Shown here in pieces: positions 13,300 to 25,500 of a stretch of DNA of 64,000 bases. Origin of the DNA: Phaeosaccion multiseriatum (lineage: Eukaryota; Protista; Ochrophyta, other classes); contig OZ218959.1 of NCBI GenBank assembly GCA_965112735.1, forward strand, positions 2,046,001 through 2,110,000, given 5' to 3'. The translations under genes were made by a program, and so were the position numbers. Under the pieces are notes generated by a model that was not told the DNA's origin, searched no databases, and worked only from the letters and a program-made list of their open reading frames with translations. Numbering within the stretch: the first letter of the stretch is position 1; every line of letters starts with the position of its first letter.

Positions 13300-16068
13300 A
13301 TGAAGGAAAGCGAAACTCTGCGGCTAAGCCTATGCTTGGGCGTGGGTCTGGTGGCAGGAGCAGCAGCCGCCGTGGCAGGTTACCGATATCAGAGTAAGAA
13401 GGGGCAGCAGCCGCCGGGGCAGGAGGAGCAGGAAAAGCAGCAGCAGGAGGAGCAGCAGCGGCGGCAACGGGCCTCAAGTCCCAATGGAAGCAATGGTGGA
13501 AGCACCAGCAGCCGGAGCAGTCTTCAGTCATCTGCGCCCGCATGGTGTCCAGGAGGGAAGAGGAAACTTCCCAGTGGTCGTGTTCTCGCCGAGGGCAAGT
13601 GGGTTCTTGTGGCGGGAGGTGCAGGCTACATAGGCAGCCACACCACCCTCATGCTGCTGGAGGCGGGCTTCAACGTGTTTGTGATTGACAACTTGGCCAA
13701 CTCCTCCGTGGAAAGCCTGCGACGGGTGCTGAAGCTGGCCAAGCGGCCTGGTGTGGACAAGACAAAGCTCCACTTCGAGAAGCTGGACCTGTGCGATGAG
13801 GCGGCGTTGGCGGACCTGTTGGGGGCGGCGCCCGACTTTGAGGCGTGTATACACTTCGCGGGGCTCAAGGCGGTGGGTGAGAGCGTGCAGAAGCCGCTGC
13901 TGTACTACGAGAACAACATCATAAGGTCAGTGCAGCAAATAGAGGCGGCTCCTCCTTGCCCCACCACGACATCTCTTCAACTGACCCCAGCAAACAGTCG
14001 GCGACATATCCTCTCCCCCCGCCCATAGGTCTGTCTGGTTCCGCGCTGTCTAAACTCCCCCCCCCCCCCCCTACACCCACACACCCGATATCTATCGCCC
14101 TCTCCCACCCTCCCAGTACTCTGAACCTCCTAAAGCAGCTGGGCCAGCACACAACGTGTCGCAAATTCATCTTCTCAAGCTCGGCGACCGTGTACGGGAC
14201 CGCCCCTGCTCCAATCACCGAAGACTCAAGCGTGGGACAGGGCATCACCAACGCCTACGGTGAGAGCGAGGAGGGGAACCTGTAACTGAAGCTGGCTGAG
14301 GAAGCAGAGGGAGGGAGGGAGGGAGGGAGGGAGGGATGGAGTCATCCCCTATGTGGGCCCCATGAGATAGCATGCGCCCACTGCCGTCCCCCGCCCACTG
14401 CCATTCGCCCCGCCCGGACCCCCCAGGACGCACCAAGTACATGATTGAGGAGATTCTTAAGGACTTTAGCAGAAGCCCCGCAGGCTCCACCTGGGCCGTT
14501 GAGTCACTGCGCTACTTCAATCCGATTGGAGCCCACCCCTCAGGTACCCAATCTGTGCAAGGAAGGAACTGCACGTCTATGGTTGGGTACTTCTTCAGCA
14601 TGGGCTCCTCTCTATCTCTCTCTCGCTTTCTCTCTGCCTCTCTCTCACACACCTCGTTGTCTCTCTCACGTCTCTATCGACATCTCCCAATCTGTGCTTC
14701 CCCTTACTCTCCGCCCTCCTCCTCCTCCTCCTCCTCCTCCTCCTCCTCCTCCTCCTCCTCCTCCTCCTCCTCCTCCTCCTCCTCCTCCTCCTCCTCCTCC
14801 TCCTCCTCCTCCTCCTCCTCCTCCTCCTCCTCCTCCTCCTCCTCCTCCTCCTCCTCCTCCTCCTCCTCCTCCTCCTCCTCCTCCTCCTCCTCCTCCTCCT
14901 CCTCCTTCCCCCCCCCCTCTTCCCCAGGCGTGATTGGCGAGGACCCGAACGGCATTCCCAACAACCTCATGCCCTATGTGGCGCAGGTAAGAAGCACAGG
15001 CAGCGACATGTTCGTGAGGCTGTTAGTTCGCAGTGCATTTTGACAAGCTCGGTCACCACGGCTGCACCGCGAGCGGCAAAGAGCGGTATACGGCTGCTGT
15101 CCTTTCTGTCTCGAACTACTTCGCAGCTCGGCTCAACCATGCCCGCGTGACGGGTTCCGAGTCATACACAGTCATACATGCATGAAGATGATGAAGATGA
15201 CACGACACGTTTGATGAGTCCCATCCATCATCTTACCCCACCCTCTCTTGCCTCTGGACGCAACGCAGGTGGCCGTGAGCAAGAGGCCTCACTTGACGGT
15301 GTTCGGAGACGACTATGACACACCTGATGGAACAGGTGTGCGCGATTACATCCACGTGATGGACCTCAGCCAGGGGCACCTCATGTGTATAGGCTTCCTG
15401 GACAAGAGTGGACCCGGCTTTTACACGCACAACCTGGGTGAGTGAGTTGGCAACAGAGTTGTCTGCTTGCAGTTTGCAGTTTGCAGATTAGAGACTGGGA
15501 CTTGGTTGTTGCACACTCACTTGTGGTGAGTAGGAGGGCGAGAATAGAGTCGGCGAGATGCGAGGAGTCACCCCACAGCGGGAAGAAGGGGCCGGGAACG
15601 AGCGAAGAGAAGACCATACAACCCACGGCTCGGCTTTTATCTGTGTTCGATTCGGTGACTCATGCCCGGCTGACGAACGATCATTTCTTGACCACCACAA
15701 CGCCTCCCTCCTTTTCTGTTGTTGTTCTGTTGGCCATGATGAAAGCAAACAATCAAACAACCAACCAACCAACCAACTAAACAAACAAAACAAAACCCAT
15801 GTGTGCAGGGACCGGAAAGGGCTACTCCGTGCTAGACATGGTGAAAGCAATGGAGAAGGCATGCCAGAGAGAGATCAAGTACATTGTCGGGCCACGCCGA
15901 CCCGGAGACCTCGCCACAGTGTACGCAGATCCCACCAAGGCCAGGGAGGAGCTCGGATGGGAGGCAAAGCTGGACCTCGACGACATGGTGAACTCGCTGT
16001 GGCGGTGGCAGAGTCACAATCCGGCGGGCTTCAAGACGGTGGACGGGCAAGAGGATGACACGTGGTGA
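13300..16068 (+). CDS. GALE: UDP-glucose 4-epimerase with N-terminal extension, 6 exons
   Basis: [12 protein letters not shown]-binding motif, [26 protein letters not shown] (YxxxK, formed across an intron), [47 protein letters not shown]. Exons 13300-13925, 14117-14259, 14427-14543, 14928-14986, 15269-15437, 15809-16068. Confidence 0.96.
14714..14906 (+). repeat. (CCT)n trinucleotide tract in GALE intron 3
   Basis: About 60 perfect units just upstream of the acceptor at 14926-14927. Confidence 0.95.
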
Positions 16069-16442
16069 TGTTCGTGGGTGGGTAGTGGTGATGGAGCTGG
16101 TGGTGGTGGTGGTGGTGGTGGTGGTGGTGGTGGTGGTGGTGGTGGTGATTTACGGGCGCTCGCTCAGCGCCCCTATTGTGACCTTGGCAGCGGGCGGTGG
16201 CGGCGGGGGGGGGGGGGAGGGGGAAACTCGCAGGTCAGTGGGTGGGCTACTTCGCTCCTTCTCAAGCCCCGAGCCCCGGGCTCATGACGTCATGTTGTTC
16301 TTGTGGCGGTGTGCGGAGTACCTCGTACCTCCGGCTGCGGCGAGGCTGCGGGGTGTCAGAGCACATCTTGCCAATGACACTGCAATAACAGTAACAACAA
16401 CAGTGTGTGTTTGTGCGTGCGTGGATGTGCGTGCGTGCGTGC

Positions 16443-16473
<31 letters not shown>

Positions 16474-17025
16474 CCAGAGGGCCTTGCCAGTAGTACACAG
16501 AGGGGAGGAGGGCAAATGATGTACGTGGAGAGAAGGTTGCGCCGCGGCTAGAATTCTCACAGATGGCAGTCGACGAAGACCCATATGGAGGCGTATGTTG
16601 CCCTCTTTTTCTCCCCATCCCTCTCTCTCCTCGCTCCTCTGTCGCGTACTCGATAATCCTCCGGGCTGAGCTGAGAGGTAATCACAGCTTAGGGTGTGTG
16701 ACCACCTTGATCGAAGCATTTTGCCTCAGAAGGCGATTGACTACGATTGCTACGCCCCGATCGTTCCCAACTCCTCCCCCCTTTCCCTTCTTCCGCCCTT
16801 CCTTTCGTCTCCCTCCTGCTCCGTCGTCTGCAAGCTTTCAGGAATACCAATCTGATCCTTCCCTCACACGTTCTCATCTCTTGCCAGAAAGGAAGCGAAC
16901 GAAGGGCAAGCCAGTTGTGGCCGGGGACTGGGCGGGGATCGGGGAGCACAGGGGGAGCGGCTCAGAGCTTTTCAAAGGCAGAGGAGGGATCTGCTGCATG
17001 TAGCTCCCTGCTACTGCCGTGCACC

Positions 17026-18098
17026 ATGTCACAATCGGCATCCAGACGCGTGAGGGCGACTCACTCTCTCCGGCAGAAGTTGGGGGTGGAGAAGAACTCG
17101 GACAATGCTTATTTCAATGACGCTCTCATGCGCTACGAGCACCTGACGGGCTTTGTGGAGGAGCTGGTGACGAGAATAGTGAGCTACAATGCGTACCTGG
17201 GCCAAGTGGCGGAGGTGGGGCTGCATTTGGCGTCTCACTTGACTGCGGAGTTTGAGGACGAGGATGACGGGTTCAAGCCCGCAGTGGCCCTGGAGGAGCT
17301 TCATAAGGATTCCAACTTTGGTACGTGCGACATCATGGTACACTTTAGAAGGGAGAGGGAGAGAAGAGAGGGGGGTAGCGAGGGAGGGTGGGTGGGGGGT
17401 TATGTGTTCGAGGGGGGGGAGGAGAGGGGGGAGAGAGCGAGAGTAGGTCCAGCGAGAGAGAGGAGAGGGGAAGAGAGAGGGGTGGGTGGGCGGTATATTC
17501 AGTAGGAGACGGGGGTGACCTTCAGACACGCTGACGAAGCTTAGTACCACACTGTGCTCCATCTCTAGCTTCTTTCTCCCGCCTCTTTCTGCCTTTCCCA
17601 GCCTTTGACTTACCAACCCGACGAACCAACACACAAACAGGGTATGGAAAGTGTCTGGAGGACTCCTTCACAAGGGGTATAGTGAAGCCCGCCGAGGAGT
17701 GGCTGAGCTACCTCAGTGACCTCGAGGTGTATGTGAAGCAGTTCAAGGAGCAAGAGTACGCACACCTCCACTACACGCGCAAGGTGTCGGACCTGAGCTC
17801 CAAGCAGGCAGAGGAGAGCAAGAAGGCCAAGGAATCCGCCTCCACCAAGGAAAAGCTGGAGAGGTGAGTCTTAGTTTCAGCTTGAGTGTAATAGAGTTAA
17901 GAATCAAAGGATCAGAGAGGTGGGAATAGAGCTCTCCTCCCCATCCTCTTTTATCGTCTGTTGCGCACTCACCAGTAAGCTCAGTCGTCACCTTCACCAT
18001 CACCTTTCTGCGCTTCCTTACCCCCCACCCCGTCCACTGCCATCCCCTGCCATCCACTGCCGTCCATCAACCAATATAATGCACACACACACGCACAC

Positions 18099-18138
<40 letters not shown>

Positions 18139-19592
18139 TCACACACACATTTTCACACATATATGTATGCACGCAGGAACGCCAAGAAGTTGGTGGAGGT
18201 GGAGCAGGACTTCTTCCGCGTGTCGGCGGAGACGTGTGCGCACCTCAACACGGCCTGGGAGGGGCGCATCGCCAAGCTGGACACGCTCTTGTCGAGACTT
18301 GTGCTCTTTGAGGAGTCGCTCGCCGTGCACAACCTCTCCAAGGTGTGTATGTGTGTGTGTGTGTGTGTGCGTGTGTATGTGTGTGTATGTGTATGTGTGT
18401 GTATGTGTGTGCGTGTTTGTATGTGTGTGTATGTGTGTGCGTGTGTGTATGTATGTGTGTGCGTGTGTGTATGTGTGTGTATGTGTGTTTGCGTGTGTAT
18501 ATGTGTGTGTATGTGTGCATGTGTGTGTATGGCATGTAAGAGTGTGCGTAAAAGTGTGCCTTGTGCTTGTGCTTGAAGTGTGGTGCATGCGCACGTAATA
18601 TGATGTACGGAAGTGCGTAGTGCTCCAGGGCTTGGTGCTTAGGGCTCACCACACAACATACATTACACACATATGCACACACACGCACACTCTCTCTCAC
18701 TCTCACTCTCTCTCTCCCTTTCATTCTCACTCAAACAACATCCAACAAATTAGGCCTTTGGGGCGGCGAAAATTCTGCGGTGCACGGTCTCTGACCTCTC
18801 CAGGCTCAACGGCGTAGAGAGCGTGATGAACAAGGTAGAGACCAAGCACTGGGAGGGCCCCCTCGTGAAGAAGGGGAAGGTGTTCAAGACAAGCATGTTC
18901 TTTCGCCTCACGGGCAGCATGCTCGAGGGGTTCGAGCATCAGACAGACGCGCTCGCCAATCGGAGGTGAGGGAGGGGATTTAGAGGCATACGGGGAGGGG
19001 AGGGGAGGGGATTTAGAGGCATACGGGGAGGGGAGGGGATTTAGAGGCATACGGGGAGGGGAGGGGAGGGGAGGAGGAGAGGAGGGGAGGGGAGGGGAGG
19101 GGAGAGGAGGGGAGAGGAGGGGAGGGGAGGGGAGGGGAGGGGGAGGGGAGGGGGAGGGGAGGGGAGGGAAGGGGAGGGGAGGGACGGTGGGTGGGGAAGG
19201 CTCCGGCATTGTACACTCATGAGTGCATCTCTCTTTGGACCTCGTTCCATCCCTTTCTCCGTCTCTCTCTATCTCTATCTGTCTCTCTACATCTGCAGAC
19301 AGCTGGTGACGTCAGAGCCCAAGGAGACACACGAGGTCAAGGCCGTGAGCGTCTTCCCCGAGCAACTCACCCTCAAAGTGCAGTGCGAGAGCGGCCCCGA
19401 CCTCGTCCTCATCGCTCCCTCTGTCGATAAGACAGAGAGGTGGGGCGAGGCGCTCACCAGGGCGGCAGCGTGGGATAGGACCATGTGTCTAAAGAAGACG
19501 GACGCGAGCATTAATCAGGATGTCACCTTTCGAGACAGGGTGCGGAGGGTGGATACGAGGTAAGGGGGGGAGGGGCGGGGTGTGAGAGAGAA

Positions 19593-19624
<32 letters not shown>

Positions 19625-20654
19625 TGTTCATGTAGAGAGATATTCGAGAGAGAGGAGAGGGAGAGAAAGAGAGAGGTAGACAAGAGTGAGAGGGACAGAG
19701 GGAGGGAATAGGTGGTTTGCTTGGTTGACTGGTTGGCTGACTGGTTTGAGACAGCTCGTGTGTAGCCTGTCACAGCACAACAATGCTGGGTATGGAATCG
19801 ATGCTGCTACCGCAACTGCTACTGCTGCTGCTCTGCTCCCCTGCTCCCCGATGCCCCGGTTTCTCCTTCTCGACATGGGCATGGCTGTCTTTGACTACTG
19901 GAGAGAGGCTCGAAGTAGTGCTGGGCGCTCAACACACACACACACCCCTCCCTCTCTCTTACCTCTCTCTGCCTCTTGTTGTTAACCTATTGTTGACCTT
20001 TTGAAGGAGCCTGGAGCATCTGGAGAGGGAGCTTGGTATTGCTAGTCACGTCCGGCAGCAGCCTCGTTTCCAACCCATAGCACCTGCCGTGATGGACTAT
20101 GGCAGCAGCTGTGGTTTGGGTGGTCCCAACCCACCGCCCTTCAACCCTGGTCATGCATTCACTCATCAAACTGCTACTGTATCACCAACTGGTGGTGAGG
20201 GGGGTGGGAGTAACGCCCCGGGTGTCGACGGACCCAATGAAGGGCCTAATCACAAAGCACCCCAACCCTCCAATGCAGGGCTGGAGCCTGCACAGCCCCG
20301 TCCAGTGCAGTTCAACAGCTCTCACCCCCTCGCGGCTCCGGTGCCTCCATCCATGTTCTCGGCGCCAACCTTCCTCACCCACAACAACCCTTCTTCTCCC
20401 CGAAGCGGTGCGCGTGTGTCCGTGGATGGAGGGATGGGAAGCCCTCTCCTCGGCGGAGGTGGTGAGAGGGAGGGAGGGTCGTCGGATAGCATGGGAACAG
20501 GAGCAGGAGGAGCGTCGAGCTCGAGGAGTCCTGTTGCGCCGCATCGTCACGGATATCAGGTGCCCGGCTCTGAGCCCGTTGCTGGGGGGGTCGCTTCTCC
20601 CGGAGAGGGAGCGCCTCACCAACCCAGCAACAGAAGGTGCGTGCGTGTGTGTGT

Positions 20655-20685
<31 letters not shown>

Positions 20686-22087
20686 GGGGGGCGGGGTCGT
20701 TAGTCGTGTGAGCAGCGATGAGGGAAAGAGCGGGAGAATGCGTGAGCATGCATGTCTGTGAGAGTGTGCGAGCAACTTGTGAGCCGCGCAGGACAGGTAT
20801 ATACACATACAAGAGCTGATGTGTGTGCGCGCGATTTTCACGCATGCCTGCTCCTGCCTTCTTCCTTGTCTCTTGCCAACGTGCCTTCGCTGCCCTTCCC
20901 TTCTCTCTCCGGTCCTTGCCCCCCCCGCCCCTCTGAAACGCTTTTGTCGTCGTCTACAGTTCCTTGAATCGTATCTGGTCTGGAGCCAAGACCGCTCTGA
21001 CCCTCGGTATGTCTTCGAGCTCCCACCAGACCGCCAGGCGCGGCGATGCTGCTCCAGCGGCGTCATCGACTGACGCAGATCGGGGAAGTTTGATGCACTC
21101 GGTGGGGGGGGACGGACGGCCCGGTCTAGATCCCTTTCAACGCGTCTCAAGTGCTCCGGGAGGCGATACTGGGGAGAAGGGAGGAGGAGGAGGAGGAGGA
21201 GGAGGAGGTGGTGGCAATAGCCTTGGCCGGAGTGAAGGAGAGGAAGAGGAGGGTTTCCAGGTTGTCGAGGAAGAGCACGAGCACAGAGTGCAGGTGTTTC
21301 GTCAGCTGTGCAAGACAGGCTCGCCGCAGCTGGGCTTTGAGGAACTGATGCAGTGGGATGAGTTGCAAGAGTTGCACAATTACGGAGTGCTCAACGCAGA
21401 GGTGTGTTAGGGTAGCGTACGTGTGGGCGAGGGGATATGGGGGGAGAGGAGGGGGAGGGGGAGGGGGAGGGAGCGGAAGAGGGAGAGAGAGAGGGAGAGG
21501 GAGCGGACAGATACTAACTACTCCTGTCCCCCGCTCCTTGACGATGACTCATCGTTGTGTCTTCTATCCGAACGAATGTGGGCCCTGTTTGCTTTGCTTC
21601 ATCCCCACACGCACTCATTCATCCAACCCAACAGGAAACAAAGGGACTTGCTCAGGAGGCGAAACAGTGGGCTTACAGCCACAAGAGAAGCAGGGGGCGA
21701 GGACCTGGCGCCCGGGAGGAACTGTCACACGGTGCCGAGACCAGTGGCTCGAGCATGAGTCGGTGCATCAGCATGCAGAGCATGAGCACCGATGCTTCTC
21801 TCCAAGCGGGCGGCAGCAGCTGGCCCGTCGGAACCAGCTGGGGAGGGGGAGGAGTTCATAGCACGGTGGCTGCTACTGGTGGTGGTGGTGGTGGTGGTGC
21901 TGCTGCTACTGCTTCTGTTAGTCCTGCTGCTACTGGTGGTGCAAGTGACGGTGCGCCCGATGATGCTCTCACGCTTTCTCTGGACGGCTTTGTGCGCTTC
22001 GTCAGCATCCTCGAGGACGTGCAGTTCGAGAAGGAGCTGCAGAAGGCGTGGGGGGTGCAGCTGCAGGGGCCGCTGGTGGAGGTGTGA
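17026..22087 (+). CDS. Putative BAR-domain + PH-domain protein with C-terminal EF-hand-like module, 8 exons
   Basis: Helical BAR-like N-terminus (LRQKLGVEKNSDNAYF...HLHYTRKVSDL...KEKLERNAKKL). PH-like segment WEGPLVKKGKVF...LVLIAPSVDKTERWGEAL. Exons 17026-17320, 17641-17863, 18177-18342, 18754-18965, 19299-19559, 20008-20637, 20960-21401, 21635-22087, all phase-compatible. Confidence 0.7.
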
Positions 22088-22543
22088 TCAGATGGGGGGG
22101 GGTGGCAGCGGGCTTGTGCAGCTTCAGGGGCCCTGGCGGAGGTGTAATCAGGCGTGGCTTGTAGCTCCTCGACTGGTTCCAATCGCCTCCCCTGGGTGCA
22201 ACACTCTTGAGCTTAAGCGAATAAATAGATCGATTCCTCTTTGTATCGCAGGTCTGCTGACTTGCTACGAAGCATTGCTACGCGGGGGGGGGGGGGCAAG
22301 GGGGAAAAAAACATTACTATTAGGCGGCGCGCGGATGGCAACAGAGGGGTTGGATACTTTCTGTTGTTGGATATCGTTGTTGATATTATTTTGCGTGGGA
22401 GAAGCGTGTTGTACTTAGGGATGTAATTAGAGCAAGGAATTGGAGGAATCAAGTCGCAGACCCAGGCTCGGGAGGGTCGCAAGTCGTGAGCGCCTCACAA
22501 CGGGGCGCTCTTGATCGTTGAACTCCCGTGTTTCTCTCGCACC

Positions 22544-25500
22544 ATGCCTGTCCTTTTTCGCCGGAAGGGCAAGAAGAGGAAGACGGAAGAGGCACATGCA
22601 GAGAGAGATGAAGAGGAGCAGCAAGTCAAGCCACCAAAGAAGAAGAGGAGCCTCCGAAAGGTTGCCGCTGCGGCCCGAGATGTGAGGGACGAGGAGGGGG
22701 AGGAGGACATTGAGGTGGAGCTGCTGGACTCGTCTAACGCCCAGGCTTCCGCCTCGCCCTCGGGCAAGGGGGGAAAGGGAAAGAGGGTACTCAGAAGAGC
22801 GGGAGGAGGCGTAAGTAAGCCCAGCAAGGGAAGAGGAGCATCGGCATCGGCGGCTACTGCTGGGTGGGCAGAAGCTCATGATGGGGAGGATATTGTGGAC
22901 AGCAGCGATGAGGAGAGCAAGAAGAGCAGAGACGCAGCCGCGAAGGAAGGAGGAGGAGGAGGAGGAGGGGGCGGCGGTGGTAGTAGCAGCGAGGACGGGG
23001 ATGAGTGGGATGTCGAGCTGAAGGTCAGAGAGCCCTCGCATCGGAATGGGGGCGGGGTAGGCGGCAGAGGCATGGCTTCTCAGCGTCTGAGGCAAGAGGA
23101 TGTTGGAGATGAGGACGAGGACTCCGAAGATGCCGAAGAGCAGGAGAGGTACGTGGGTGGCCACACGAAATGTACCTGCTGCAGCGACTGCTGACACGGT
23201 GGAAGGACACGGAAGGAAGGCCTTCGCTCTCCCCTCTCCCTCGTCACTTTGACAGGAGATTCGTATGCTGACAAAGCCGCTGGTGCCACATCCTCATCAT
23301 TGCGCTTTTCATCATCTCCTACCTTGAATGCCTCTTAATCATACATGACACAAGCCCTTTTCCCGACCGCTCCCCCCTCCCCTCCCCCCGCCTGGCCTCT
23401 GCCCTTCCTTGGGATCTCAGAGCTGCAGCAGCGACCGCAGCGGGACTGGAGATAGACCACGACCTCGACGACTGGCTCATCTCAGAGGGAGAGGTGGAAG
23501 AGGAGCGACCCATACAGTGCGGAAGGCAAGTAGAGGACTGCTGCCCTTTGCTCATGCGTCGTGGAGGTGGAGATTTGAGTCAGTGCGTGTAACGATTTGG
23601 ATGGTGGAAACGTGTTTGATTGATTGAGTTTGTGAGTTGAGAGAGAGAGAGAGAGAGCGAGTGAGTGAGTGAGTGGGTGAGTGAGTGATGGACGTAGTTA
23701 AGAGAGTATGTGAAAGAGTGAGGGACTGAGGAACTGACCTACCAAACCATACGTACCCACCTTACGTAACCCCCCCAAAAGGTGCGGGCTTGGAGACGGA
23801 GACCCCGACGGGGAGGAAGCCAACGGCCCGTGGCTGATATGTGCCAATGAGGTGTGCGGCGTGATGGAGCACGGGGCGTGCTGGGGGTATCGGGAGGAGC
23901 GAGACATGCCCTACAAGCACTGGTGAGCGCACGCACACACACACGAGCACACATACATACACAAGCACACCTACGTGCAAACACATAAGCACACACACAG
24001 AGGTGCACATGCACACACACACACACACACACACGCACACACACGTACACGCACTCACGGACACACACGTTTCCATGCTCCTCCCCCTCGCACACGAGCA
24101 TGCACTCTGGACCTCTCACTCCTCAGCATCCCGATGATTGTTAGCCTTGCCTCCCCCTCGACCCCATGGCCTGTAGCCCCACCCCCTTCTCTTCGCTGTG
24201 GACTGGGCTACTGCTTCCTACCCCACCCACCGATTGTCTCGCGTCCACCACTATCCCTCCTTCGACGCCTCAACCTTCCCACACAAGCCGACATGATACC
24301 TCGGCTCGCTTCCTCCCTTTTTCTGTATATGGCACATGCTCATCTGCAAACACGGCCCAGGTGCTTGACATGTGATCCGGCAGGGAAGAAGCGAGAGAAG
24401 TATCGGACCAAGCGGAAGCGGAAACCCTCGGAGGCTGAGGGAGGAGCAAGAGGAGGGAGACAGGCTGCGGCCAGCACAGGAGGGAAAGGTAACAAGAGGA
24501 AGAGGGAGAAGAAGCAGAAGAGCAAGAGTCAAGGGGAGTACCAGCAGCAGCTGGATCGAATCCAAGTGGACGGCTTGTCCAAGGCGACAGTTGTGCGGTT
24601 GTTGCGAGCGGCGGAGAGCGGGGAAGGGGCGTCGGAGGGGGGGTCGCTTTTGGGAGAGAAGCAGGAAGGAGAAGGGGAAGAGGGAGGAGCCAAGGGCCGG
24701 AGAGGGGAGAAGAAGGGCAAGGGAAAGAGACGGGGCGGCCGGCGGGAGGGAGGGAGGGAGGAGGAAGAGGAGAGGGAAGCAGCAGCGAAGAAAGCAGGAA
24801 GAGGAGGAGATGGGGGGGAGGGCAGGGCGGGACTCATGCTGAGCATACTCCGAGACGTGATGAAGGAGGGAGGGGAGGAGGCCCTTAGAGCTCTGTTGCT
24901 GCACCAGGCACCCGTCCGCAGCAGCAGCAGAAGGGGGTGGAGGAGCACAAGCACAAATGGCAGCGGCCTCAGCGCCAGCAGGAGTGGAGCAAGGAGGGGG
25001 ACTGGTGCTAGTAGTGAAGTAATGAGGGGTGGGGAGGACAAGCTCAGCCAGGGGAGCCATAGCGGTGACTTTGCGGCTGCGGCTGCTGTCGCCGCGGCGA
25101 GGGCTGCAGTTAGCTGGGGAGGAGGAGGAGGAGGAGAGAAGGAAATGGCGGGGGGTATGGGTGCTGCCGCTACTGCTGGAACTGATGGAGATGGAGCCAA
25201 CATTGCCATGCGAGTGATGGAGGCTCCCTGCACAGACAAGGAAGCTCTAAAGGTATAGTCTTTCTCGCTCTGTCTCACCTACTGACTCAGTCACTCACTG
25301 ACTCACTCACTCACTCACTCACTCACTGACTCACTGACTCACTCACTCACCCCCTCACTCACTCACTCACTCACTCACTCACACACTCACTCACTCACTC
25401 ACTCACTCACTCACTCACTCACTCACCCACTCACTCACTCACCCACTCACTCACTCACTCACTCACTCACTCACTCACTCACTCACTCACGTACCCGCAC

